Of a stretch of DNA of 35,734 nucleotides, positions 6,361-15,551 are shown piece after piece. Below the pieces are notes generated by a model that saw only the letters and a program-made list of their open reading frames with translations, did not search any database and was not told the DNA's origin. The stretch's first letter is position 1; each line of letters begins with the position of its first letter. Both the position numbers and the translations under genes were made by a program. The stretch is from Chrysochromulina tobinii (Eukaryota), in assembly GCA_001275005.1 (NCBI GenBank), contig JWZX01002930.1:1-35734 (forward strand), in the 5' to 3' direction.

Positions 6361-8880
6361 ATGGCGCTGCGTCGCTCCCTCCCGGCCCCTCTTCACGGCG
6401 TCCCGCACGTCGAGGCTTCACTTCGCGCTGCCGTTGATGCGGGCTCGCTCGACGACGCGCTGAACCTCTTTGAACATCTTCTTCGCCGGTACCGCCGCAC
6501 ACCGCACCAGACAGTGTGCACGCGCCTGCTCGAGCTGTGTGTTGCTCGCGGCTCACCAAGAGTCGCGCTGCATGTGCTCGAGCACATGGCCGAGGCGCGC
6601 GGCCTCGAGGTGGATGACTACTGCCGCCTCGTGCGCCTCTTCATCCTCCGCCGCGTCAGCGCCGACGAGCTCGCCCGCTTCGAGGAGACGGCGCTCGACC
6701 TGCTGACCTTCTCGGACGACGGGCTGCACAACTACTTTGCGCACGTGGCATCGCTGCTCAACCTCGAGCTGCACGAGGTCGTCTGCCGGCCAGGCGGTTG
6801 CGCGGATGCGGCCGCAGCCGCGGCCGCGCTCATAGCGAGCGGCGGTGCGAGCACGAGCACCGGCGGCGGCGGCGGCGGCGTCAGCAGTGGCAGCAGCAGC
6901 GGCGGCGCCGGTAGTGGGCTCGAGGCGGGCCTAATCGGGCACAGGCGCATGCTCGACGCCACGGTGCGCCTCTGCCGGCGTGCAGGCGCGCTGACGCCGC
7001 TGGTGGCGCTGCTGCTTCACGGCATGGGCGGGCGTGAGGGCGTGCAAAGCGATGCGGAGCTGCGCGAGCTGGCGGGCGCGTCGTCGAATCTGGGTATGGC
7101 CGAGGCCCTCGAGGGCGCGCGCGCACGGCTCGCTGAGCTTGAGGCGAGTGCGGCGCTCAATGCGAGCCAGCGCGCCGCGGCCGAGGCTGGCCTCACCCGC
7201 CGACTCACCCTCGTCCAAGGCCCTCCGGGCACCGGAAAGACGCAGCTCGCGTCGCGCCTGATCGCGCTCTGGGTGAACGAGCTCGGCGTGCGGCCGGTGC
7301 TCGCGTGTGCCGACTCCAACGTCGCCGTCGACCACCTGGGCCTCGCCCTTGTCGGGCTCGGGCTACGCGTGGCACGAGCCGGCCGGCCGGAGGCGGTGTG
7401 CGACGCGCTCCACCCTTACCTTGTCGAGCGGCTCGGCTCTGGGGCAGGGGCGGGCGGCGGCGCGGGCGTGGCGGGCGGCGTGGCGGCCGTGCTCGCCGCC
7501 GTGGACGTCGTGCTGTGCACGTGCGTGGGTGCGGGCGCCGAGGGCTCGGTCGGCCGTCTCCAATATGCGGCCGTTCTCATCGATGAGACGGCGCAGGCGA
7601 CGGAGCCCTCGTGCCTCGTGCCGATCAGCCTCGGCTGCCGCCACCTCGTCCTTGTGGGAGATCAGCAGCAGCTGCGCCCAACGGTCGTCTCCGACGTCGC
7701 CGCGTCGCGCGGGCTGCAGATCTCGTTATTCGAGCGGATGCTCCGGGCCGGCGTGCCCGCCTACCTGCTCGATACGCAGCATCGGATGCACCCGTCGCTC
7801 GCCTCCTTCCCCTCGGACGCCTTCTACCGCGGGCGCGTCGTCTCGGGCGCGGGCATGGCGGCCGCACGCCCGCAGCTCCGCGGCTTCGCATGGCCGCGCC
7901 CCAACGTCCATGTGGCATTTGTGCCCTCGAGCGCGCCCGAAGAGGGCGAGGGCGGCGGCGGCGAGGGGTACGGCACATCCAAGGTCAACCGCGGCGAGGC
8001 CGGCACGGTGCTCGGCCTCGTGCGAACCTTCCTCCAAGTTGGCGAGCTCAGCGCCGCCCAAATCGGGGTGGTCACACCGTACGCGGCGCAGGTCCGCTTG
8101 CTCCGCGGGTTGCTTCGCGGGCTGCCGGAAGGGAGGCTCGTCGAGTGCCTCTCGGTGGACGGCTTCCAGGGGCGCGAGAAGGAGCTTATTCTCTTCTCGG
8201 CCGTGCGCTCGGGTGGGCGGGCGCTCGGATTCGTCGCCGACGCGCGCCGTCTGAATGTGATGCTCACGCGTGCGCGGCGGGGCCTTGTCGTCGTGGGCGA
8301 CCCGCACACGCTCGTGCACTCCTCGCACTGGGCGGATTGGCTCGAGTGGGTCGAGCGTACGGGCGCCGCGTGCGCGCCCAACGGCTGGAGGTGCCCACCG
8401 CGGCCGCGCGTCCGTCCACGTGATGATGATGATCACGCGGAGGTGGAGCTCGATGAGCTTGGGCGTGCCGTGCACGCGCGCCCGGCCGAGGCGGACGAGG
8501 CCCCGCCAGCCGACCCGACGGTACGATCGCGCGCCGCCGCACGCCGCGAGGAGCGCAAGCGACGCCGCCTCGCCGCCGCCGCCGCCGAGGACGAGGCTGC
8601 TGTCCGTGCCGCCGATGGGATGACGGCCGCGGCGGCCGCAGCGCTCTCGGGCCCGCCACTGCTGCCCAACTGGTATCGCGCGACCGATGCGGAGGGGCGC
8701 TCCTACTATCACAACGCCGCAACGCTCGAGACATGCTGGCAGGCGCCACTCCGTGCCGCCCGCTCGGTCGCCGACGTGGCCGCGGCCGAGGCGCAGCGCG
8801 CGGACGCGGCCATGAGTCGTCTGCACGAGGCGTGGGTTCGCGATGGCGAGCTGACCCCGCCGCCGCAGTGCGAAGCGTAG
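6361..8880 (+). CDS. Upf1/DNA2-NAM7-like superfamily 1 helicase with an N-terminal PPR-like region and a C-terminal WW domain
   Basis: LNASQ Q-motif, QGPPGTGKT, SNVAVD, IDETAQ, VGDQQQLRP, SLFERM, QHRMHP, VTPYAAQV, SVDGFQGRE, RRLNVMLTRAR. WW: LLPNWYRATDAEGRSYYHNAATLETCWQAP. Confidence 0.9.
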   Translation: MALRRSLPAPLHGVPHVEASLRAAVDAGSLDDALNLFEHLLRRYRRTPHQTVCTRLLELCVARGSPRVALHVLEHMAEARGLEVDDYCRLVRLFILRRVSADELARFEETALDLLTFSDDGLHNYFAHVASLLNLELHEVVCRPGGCADAAAAAAALIASGGASTSTGGGGGGVSSGSSSGGAGSGLEAGLIGHRRMLDATVRLCRRAGALTPLVALLLHGMGGREGVQSDAELRELAGASSNLGMAEALEGARARLAELEASAALNASQRAAAEAGLTRRLTLVQGPPGTGKTQLASRLIALWVNELGVRPVLACADSNVAVDHLGLALVGLGLRVARAGRPEAVCDALHPYLVERLGSGAGAGGGAGVAGGVAAVLAAVDVVLCTCVGAGAEGSVGRLQYAAVLIDETAQATEPSCLVPISLGCRHLVLVGDQQQLRPTVVSDVAASRGLQISLFERMLRAGVPAYLLDTQHRMHPSLASFPSDAFYRGRVVSGAGMAAARPQLRGFAWPRPNVHVAFVPSSAPEEGEGGGGEGYGTSKVNRGEAGTVLGLVRTFLQVGELSAAQIGVVTPYAAQVRLLRGLLRGLPEGRLVECLSVDGFQGREKELILFSAVRSGGRALGFVADARRLNVMLTRARRGLVVVGDPHTLVHSSHWADWLEWVERTGAACAPNGWRCPPRPRVRPRDDDDHAEVELDELGRAVHARPAEADEAPPADPTVRSRAAARREERKRRRLAAAAAEDEAAVRAADGMTAAAAAALSGPPLLPNWYRATDAEGRSYYHNAATLETCWQAPLRAARSVADVAAAEAQRADAAMSRLHEAWVRDGELTPPPQCEA

Positions 8881-9377
8881 GGCTATTAGCGCGCACGGGG
8901 TGCCCGCGCCTCTTTGTCGGTCTCGACCGACCTCGCCGGGCGAGGTGTAACGCGAAAACGCGAGTCCGGGCGAGGACATTTTTTGAGTTCTGCTTGTAAG
9001 GTCTGGTGTACGGCCATTACTAGCGACGACAGGAATCGAATCAGAGGTCTTCGGCCAGGACCCAGCTGCCAGGACCCATAAGCCCACCTCGTCAGACAGA
9101 CGCGCTCAAACTTGACAGGTGGTGGAGTGAGCGTGGGGGGACCGCGAAGGAACTGAACTGAACTGAAACTTGACAGGAATGATAAGACTCACACTGCCGG
9201 AGTCGGCGAGGGTGCAGTAGCACGGTTGTCGCGTTTTTCGTGTTGACGTTCACGCGCCAATGTCTACAACAAACGCCGGAACACGACAGGTCTAGGTGCG
9301 TTACGAAGTTTGCAACCGTTTTCGCAAAATATCGACGAAACTGCGGAATCTCGTCTAGAAGACGCAGCTCATCTCAG

Positions 9378-12300
9378 ATGGCCGGCGTCCGGCGCGCGCG
9401 CGCCGCGCTACGCCACTCGCTGCGTCCATCGTTCTACGACGATCACGAGGACGTTCTCGCGCCATCGATCGGCCGCGCGTGCATGCACCTCTGTGCTGTC
9501 TGCGCAGTGCTGTCGCTGCCGGCGACGCTCAGCCTGCTGGTGCGCCTCGGACCGGCGATCGCGGCTCTGCGAGCTTCGTCGCTCCTGGACGACGCGGTGC
9601 GCCTCTTCCCCGACGGGGTCGAGATAGTCGTTAATGGCAGCACGCTCCACCTTAGGCCAAAGCCGAATGTCGGGCCGCTCGGAGGAGCGCCAACGGCACC
9701 GGAGGCAGAGTCCGGGACCAGGTACGTATGCTGGGAGGAGGATGCGAGCAGCTGGTGCGCGACCGCGCCGCAGCTCGAGCCGATACGCCTGACGCTACCC
9801 ATGCTACTCCACGACGTGAGCTTTTCCGACCTGCCCTCACCGCTGCACCTGCCGCCGGCGCGGCTGGCGGCGCTCGCGACGCAGGGCGTGGAGGCGCTCA
9901 CGTCGGAGGATGCCTTCTTCGAGGGCTTCCCGCCGCTGGTCGAGTTCGAGGTGGGCGAGCGCGTACAGGTGCAGCACGGGTACGCGGCCCTCATCTGGGC
10001 GGGTGGCTGGGTCGCCGGCACGATCGTCGCCACCCACCCAGCGCGCGACGTTCGCCGGTACGGGTACACTGTGGAGCTCGCTGATGGCACGCACGTGCGC
10101 AAGCGCTCAGACCACCTGCGCCGGCCGCCGAGCCTCGTGCTCGCGCACGACGACAGCTTCAGCGCGCCGCTGCCCGCGACGCAGAGCGAGCGCCCCTCGG
10201 CGGCGCTGCGCTCGGAGCTGCTCGCTCTGCGCACGGACATGGTACTCACGCCGCGCCAGATCCACGTGCTCCATGGATACTCATTTGCTTTTGGGCAGTA
10301 CTGGCAATACAAGTCATCCCGCGCGCGCACCTCCCGCCTGACCACGCTCCACTCGGTCTCGGTGACCACGGCCACCGCGTACCCACCCTTTGCGCTCGCC
10401 GCGGCCGCGCTGTGCGACGCCCCAGACGAGGGCGTCCTCGTGTGCTCGCGTGTGACGGCGGCCGCGCGGGTGGCGCCTTGGCGCAAGCTTTGGTGGGTAC
10501 CGCTCTGCAGCGGCCCCGCCGGGCTGCACGTGCTCCTCGTCTCGGTGGCCGCCCTCTCCCTCGGAGCGCTCAAGAGCATCATGCTCACAGTCCCTCCGAT
10601 CGGGCTCATCCACCTGCCTCTCGCGTACATGGGCGCCAACCTGTTGCGGCACGTGGACACCCCTCTCACGCCCGTGCGCACGATCGCGGTGCTCGGCGCG
10701 CTCTCGGCGACGCCCTTTCTGCTCCTCGACGAGGCGCTCGAGCTAGGGCTTGCCGCTCTCGAGGCGGTGCGCGCCGTCCGGGACGGCGGGCGGCCCTTGG
10801 AGGCGGACGAGGAGGCGGACGAGGGCGCCGACGTCAACGAGGACGCGAGCGAAGACGCGGAGCGGCCGGAGCGAGCTGCCGCGCGCGAGAAGGAAGAGGA
10901 GGAGGCCGACGGTGCGGACGACGAGGAGGACGAGGAGGCGGACGACGCCCTCGCCTCCGACGGCGGCGGCGACGATCGCGTCGTTGGTCAGCTGCGGGCC
11001 TTCCTCGCCGCCATCCGCCCCGCTGGTGCTCCAGCTTCGCGGGTAGCCGAGGAGGTAGCCGAGGGGGCGGCGGCGGCCGAGGGGGCGGTGGTTGAGGAGG
11101 TGCGCTACGCGACCATCTCTCTGCCGGTGCGGGGCGGGCAGAGCTTCGAGCATCGCGTCGATGGGCAGCGCCTCACCTTCACCGCACCGGCGGGCGCCCT
11201 CGCTGGGAGCGAAGCCGAGTTCGCCTTCATCGGTCAGCGGCTCGGTGGAGCCGACGGCGGGCTATCGATCCCCACTCGCTACGTCGACCTTCCCATGCCC
11301 GTGGGCGGCGGCACCTCATTCGCGTGGATCATCGACGGAGTCGAGCATGAATTCATAGCACCGATGGGCACGCGGCGCGGCGAGACGCATCGATTCACTT
11401 TCCCGCGGCTGGCGAGCGAGCTCGAGCTGGCTACGAGCAAAATGCTTGTGGCCGAGGCCCACGCCCTCGAGGCCGCGGCCAAGGCCGAGGCGGCGGCCAA
11501 GGCGCACGCGGCGGCACAAGCGCTTGCGGAGGCCGACGAGCAAGCGCTCGTGGAGGCCGACGACGCCGACGAGAGCCGACAGGCCGCGGCGGAGGCGGCG
11601 GCAGAGGCAGAGGCGATCGAGCTGATCGTGTTGAAGGAGAGCGCCGGCGTGCGCCTCGGCATCACCCTCTTCCGAAACGACCCGTACGCCGCTGCCGAGC
11701 CAGACGGCGCCGCCGAGGGTGGCGCCCGCGACGGCGACGCCTCGGCGGCGGCGGTGGTGAGTTCGGTGGAGGAGGATGGGTTGGCTGCACGCTCGGGCAC
11801 GTGGGAGCGTGGCATGCAGCTGCTCGCAGTGCAAGGGGTACCCGTCACCTCGGCCTTGCATGCGGTCCAGCTGCTACGTCTCGCCGAGGGGACCGTGCGC
11901 GTGCATGCACTGCCCAAGCGGCCTGACTTTGAGCGGCGGCGGTTCGCGTTTGAGCTGCTCGAGGCAAATCGCGAGGCAGACCAAGCGGAACAGGAGGCGG
12001 CAAAGGCGCGCTCGAGGCTCGAGACGGCGCGACGAGCACATGCGGCGGCCAAGGCGGCCGAAGCGGGCTTGCCAGCAGGCGTCACGTTACTCGATGCGTC
12101 AGAGGAGGAGGTGGCGGCGGCGACGCACATGGTCTTCGAGAGTGGCGTACGGAAGCGGCTGCGTCGCCTCTTGCGCGTGCTGAGCAAGGGGGACGCGGGT
12201 GCGACAGGGCCTCCTGGTAAGCGCTTGTCACGCCCGCGACGGCTCCTCGTGCAGCTGAGCGCACTCGATCAGCTGCTCGAGGACTGGCGTGCACTTGCCC

Positions 12301-13862
12301 AGGAGCATCCCTCGGTGCTCATGGCCGTGGAGGCGAAGGCGGCGAGCATGCGGGACGCTTTCGCTGACGCCGCCATGGCTGAGGCCATGGCCGAGGCCTC
12401 CGCCATGATTGCCGAGGCCGAGGCCGCCGCCGAGGCGAAGGCGCACACGAAGGGGCGCGCCCGCGTGACGCTCATCGCTGCCGCCGCGGCCGCAGCACAG
12501 GCCGAGCCATCTCCCGAGGCGGGGATGGCGGCGTCGACCTCCGACGCACCTGTACCGCCCGTATCCACGCCGTCGAGGCTGTGGACGGCCGTGTCCCCCG
12601 CGCTTGAGGCGGCCCTAGTGGCGGTGGCGCGCGAGGCGGAGAGCGCGGCGCGCTGGCTACAGGACGCGACGCGCTGGCGGCTCGGGCTGCATGTCGCCTT
12701 TGTGTGCTATCTCGCGGCGCGCCTCCGCGGGCGCGAGAGGGAAGGGGAGCGGCTCGCGCAGGCCGCCACCCGACGCCATGCCGTACGTGAGGCAGCTCGG
12801 CAGGAGCCGGCGCCACCCGCCGAGCCGGCGGCAGGCGCTCGAGGTGCCGATGGACACAGCGCGGCGGCTGGAGAGGCGTGCGACGTGTGCGAACCGACAG
12901 AGGAGGAGGAGCCCATCTGTCGCATTTGCTTCGGTGGTCGCGAGGCGGGTCTGCTCGTGTCGCCCTGCCTGTGCTCCGGTAGCATGCGCTTCGTGCACCT
13001 CGACTGCCTCACTCACTGGCGCCAGGTCTCCGTCAACCCTCTCTCGCATGTGCAGTGCGACTCATGCCATTACAGATACTCGTTCCGTCGCGCGCTCTAT
13101 GCGACGGTGCTGCGCTCCGCCCTCGTCCTCCACCTGCTCACCTTCGTCGTACTCGGCGCGCTCTTGCTGCTCGGCTCAGCGCTCGTACAGTATGTCGACC
13201 GCACGTGGTTCGGGGCGTCGCTGCCCGACATGCTCCCCCTCGGCCCCGAGAGCTTCGGAATGCTCGTCGGTCCCTCGTCCTCGCTACTCACCCCCGCGAG
13301 CTGGCTCGGTGTCGACGCGAGCTACGTCCTTGCCTCGCTCACGCTCGTCGGAGTCTCCGGCTTCCTCTCCCTCGGCATCCTCGGCCCTATGCTCTGGCCT
13401 GGCCGCGCCCAACACGAGTCCCTCCTCGTCCTCGTGGTGCTCGTCGGCCTGTTGCGTACCTTCTCTTTCATTTACCGAGCTGTCAAGAGCCGATCCGCCC
13501 ACCTCCTGCAACAAGCAGAGAAGCTCGTCATCGATGTAGGCGCTTCACCGCCCCCGCCGCCACACCCGCCGCCGCAACCCCAGCCGCCGCAACCCCAGCC
13601 GCCGCCGCAACCCCAGCCGCCGCCGCAACCGCAACCGGCGGAGCCGCTGCCGCCAGGCTGGCATCGTGCGACAGAGCCAGCTGCCCAGGCGGCAGCCGAG
13701 GCGGCGGTCGAAGAGGCGGTCGAGGCGGCGGTCGAGGCTGTCTCCGAGGCCGAGACCGATGCCACGGTTGAGACGGCTTGTGGACCGTCAGTGGGGCTGC
13801 GTTTGCGCTCGCGGCCTGCCCCCGACGAAGAGGCGTTGGAGGCGTGGCCTCTAGTGGACTGA
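9378..13862 (+). CDS. Large multi-pass membrane protein with a PDZ domain and a RING-CH (RINGv/MARCH-type) E3 ubiquitin ligase domain
   Basis: C4HC3 ligands CRIC...PCLCSGSMRFVHLDCLTHW...CDSC (~12918-13070) followed by several hydrophobic helices. PDZ: LKESAGVRLGITL...VEEDGLAARSG...GMQLLAVQG (~11620-11915). First ATG is at 9378; the track start at 9240 is a non-ATG codon. Confidence 0.85.
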   Translation: MAGVRRARAALRHSLRPSFYDDHEDVLAPSIGRACMHLCAVCAVLSLPATLSLLVRLGPAIAALRASSLLDDAVRLFPDGVEIVVNGSTLHLRPKPNVGPLGGAPTAPEAESGTRYVCWEEDASSWCATAPQLEPIRLTLPMLLHDVSFSDLPSPLHLPPARLAALATQGVEALTSEDAFFEGFPPLVEFEVGERVQVQHGYAALIWAGGWVAGTIVATHPARDVRRYGYTVELADGTHVRKRSDHLRRPPSLVLAHDDSFSAPLPATQSERPSAALRSELLALRTDMVLTPRQIHVLHGYSFAFGQYWQYKSSRARTSRLTTLHSVSVTTATAYPPFALAAAALCDAPDEGVLVCSRVTAAARVAPWRKLWWVPLCSGPAGLHVLLVSVAALSLGALKSIMLTVPPIGLIHLPLAYMGANLLRHVDTPLTPVRTIAVLGALSATPFLLLDEALELGLAALEAVRAVRDGGRPLEADEEADEGADVNEDASEDAERPERAAAREKEEEEADGADDEEDEEADDALASDGGGDDRVVGQLRAFLAAIRPAGAPASRVAEEVAEGAAAAEGAVVEEVRYATISLPVRGGQSFEHRVDGQRLTFTAPAGALAGSEAEFAFIGQRLGGADGGLSIPTRYVDLPMPVGGGTSFAWIIDGVEHEFIAPMGTRRGETHRFTFPRLASELELATSKMLVAEAHALEAAAKAEAAAKAHAAAQALAEADEQALVEADDADESRQAAAEAAAEAEAIELIVLKESAGVRLGITLFRNDPYAAAEPDGAAEGGARDGDASAAAVVSSVEEDGLAARSGTWERGMQLLAVQGVPVTSALHAVQLLRLAEGTVRVHALPKRPDFERRRFAFELLEANREADQAEQEAAKARSRLETARRAHAAAKAAEAGLPAGVTLLDASEEEVAAATHMVFESGVRKRLRRLLRVLSKGDAGATGPPGKRLSRPRRLLVQLSALDQLLEDWRALAQEHPSVLMAVEAKAASMRDAFADAAMAEAMAEASAMIAEAEAAAEAKAHTKGRARVTLIAAAAAAAQAEPSPEAGMAASTSDAPVPPVSTPSRLWTAVSPALEAALVAVAREAESAARWLQDATRWRLGLHVAFVCYLAARLRGREREGERLAQAATRRHAVREAARQEPAPPAEPAAGARGADGHSAAAGEACDVCEPTEEEEPICRICFGGREAGLLVSPCLCSGSMRFVHLDCLTHWRQVSVNPLSHVQCDSCHYRYSFRRALYATVLRSALVLHLLTFVVLGALLLLGSALVQYVDRTWFGASLPDMLPLGPESFGMLVGPSSSLLTPASWLGVDASYVLASLTLVGVSGFLSLGILGPMLWPGRAQHESLLVLVVLVGLLRTFSFIYRAVKSRSAHLLQQAEKLVIDVGASPPPPPHPPPQPQPPQPQPPPQPQPPPQPQPAEPLPPGWHRATEPAAQAAAEAAVEEAVEAAVEAVSEAETDATVETACGPSVGLRLRSRPAPDEEALEAWPLVD

Positions 13863-13870
13863 TGCGTGCC

Positions 13871-15508
13871 CCGTACGCGAGGATGGCTTTACCTCGTCTA
13901 CGGTCTCGTCAACGGTAGTAAAAAGTCGCGTGGAATGCGACGCGCGGATGCGGGGGGCAAGTGCGACGGTGAGCGCGCGGTGAAGATGATCCGAATGTAG
14001 ACCTCGGACAGCGAGGATAACAGTATAGTAGCCCCTACGGTCCACGTCCAGGCGCGTGTAACGCGGGCACTTGGATTGCGGCGTATTGGTACATTTACGA
14101 TTTAGCGCTTACGCCAAGTGGAGAGGGCGCGGCGCGCCTGCATGCGCGCCTGACGGGCCGCACTCTAAGGGTCCCTTATTCGGTCACGATGCTCGATGGG
14201 TTAGGGGGCGGGACGACGGGACGCGGATTCCAATCAAAGTTAAGGTCTTAACGCGGTTATGAGAGGGAAGAGGGAGGCGAGAAACGATGACCCAGGTTCG
14301 GGTAACGGTAAGCCCAAACGCCGAGGACGTTTCATCAGGGATCAGGACGTGACGAATCGCCTCTCTCGAATTCTGCACAATCCTTCGCCTTTCGATGGAG
14401 TCCTTTCAGCGTCCCTCGCCTCCGTCAATCAATCTCAACGATTCCGACGCGTCGGACGACGAGGCACCAATGGGCGGCATGCACTCGACATCGAGGGGCG
14501 TGCACAATCTCGCCATGACTGGTGACATGCCCATCGCCCAGTACTCGATGGACGAGCTCCTCGACCTCCTCGACAACGCCCTCGACAGCGATGCGACGGC
14601 TGCAGACGCGGCTCGCCTAGCCGTCCTAATCGCCCAGCGTACAGGCACACGGAGCATCAGGCCGTCCGCGCTCGCCGCCGTGACGGCGGCATGCCGCTAC
14701 CTCCGCAGACCGCACGCCCACGCATCGCCCGCGCACGCCGCCATCGCCTGCGGCTGCAAAGTTCGCACCTGCGAGCAATGGGTCGATAAGATCGAAGCAT
14801 GCTTGCTCGCCGAGGCAAGCTCGGCAGCGGCGTCGGCAGCCACGTCAGCACAAGGGAGCTCTAGCGGCCAGGCGACTGAGCCCCCCGCGGCATGCTCGCC
14901 CGAGGAAGTCGCCGCCGTCGACAGCCTGGTCTTGCTCAGTGACGGACACCACCAAACGGGCCCGCCTGGCGACGCCCCGCCGCCGACCCTCCCCCCGTCC
15001 CCGCCCACCTCAGAGATTGGCGGATTCGACAGGGATTCGAACCGGAATCCGGATCTGGACGTGATGCGGTCGACCGCGTGGCGTGGTGAGCATCGTCCGG
15101 TGCGCTAGCGGAGGGGTGACCGGTGTTGAATACCATACACTCTACGGGGTAGACCGTACCCGACTCACTACACGGATCCCTATTACCGTATTAGGAAAGG
15201 ACTCCCAGTATGGAAGGATCGTGTGTGGAATGTGCTGTCAGATGAGTGGCCCGGAGCGGTCCTCACGGCGGAGTGATTCTAGCAGCCTAGGCTAAATTCA
15301 AACCGGATACTCGATTCGTTAGAAAATCAGCGCAAGCAATCTAGAATCTTCCGTTCCGCTCACGCCTCACCCGGCGGTGCCCTAATTTCAAACTTAAGTT
15401 TCAAACAATTGGTTTCAAACTAACGTGAGGGGAAGAATGACAGAATGAGTTCATGCTAACGAACGTAGTACGACCCGAAGCCCAATGCACCGGCTGCCGT
15501 TCCGTACG
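13871..15508. mobile_element. Putative ~1.6 kb non-autonomous insertion between two convergent genes
   Basis: CCGTACG direct repeat at 13871-13877 and 15502-15508 (candidate target-site duplication). The flanks are lower in GC and hairpin-rich, and there is an internal HTH-like ORF. No terminal inverted repeats or transposase catalytic domain were seen. Confidence 0.4.
14395..15108 (+). CDS. Hypothetical 237 aa protein with a helix-turn-helix-like motif
   Basis: ATG-initiated ORF with GC3-rich codons. SPAHAAIACGCKVRTCEQWVDKI fits the AA-x3-G-x5-6-W pattern of homeodomain-like/transposase HTHs. Confidence 0.5.
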   Translation: MESFQRPSPPSINLNDSDASDDEAPMGGMHSTSRGVHNLAMTGDMPIAQYSMDELLDLLDNALDSDATAADAARLAVLIAQRTGTRSIRPSALAAVTAACRYLRRPHAHASPAHAAIACGCKVRTCEQWVDKIEACLLAEASSAAASAATSAQGSSSGQATEPPAACSPEEVAAVDSLVLLSDGHHQTGPPGDAPPPTLPPSPPTSEIGGFDRDSNRNPDLDVMRSTAWRGEHRPVR

Positions 15509-15551
15509 TTAATCTGTACTTATCCAGGACCGCGTCGTCTCCACAGCCGCT

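Noticed and set aside
6361..8880. Calling the helicase UPF1
   Set aside because: There is no N-terminal Cys/His-rich domain, so family-level assignment only.
9050..9180. Short direct repeats (AAACTTGACAGG x2, (AACTG)3, CCAGGACCCA x2)
   Set aside because: Too short and irregular to define an element; consistent with slippage in intergenic DNA.
13865..13910. Group II intron domain V or Helitron 3' end at the hairpin
   Set aside because: The reverse complement lacks the AGC/CGC triad spacing and GNRA loop. The nearby CTAG (13851-13854) lies inside the upstream CDS and is not followed by T on the relevant strand.
14310..14345. Hammerhead ribozyme on the minus strand (CTGATGA followed by a stem)
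   Set aside because: The required GAAA after stem II is absent (it reads GGGC).
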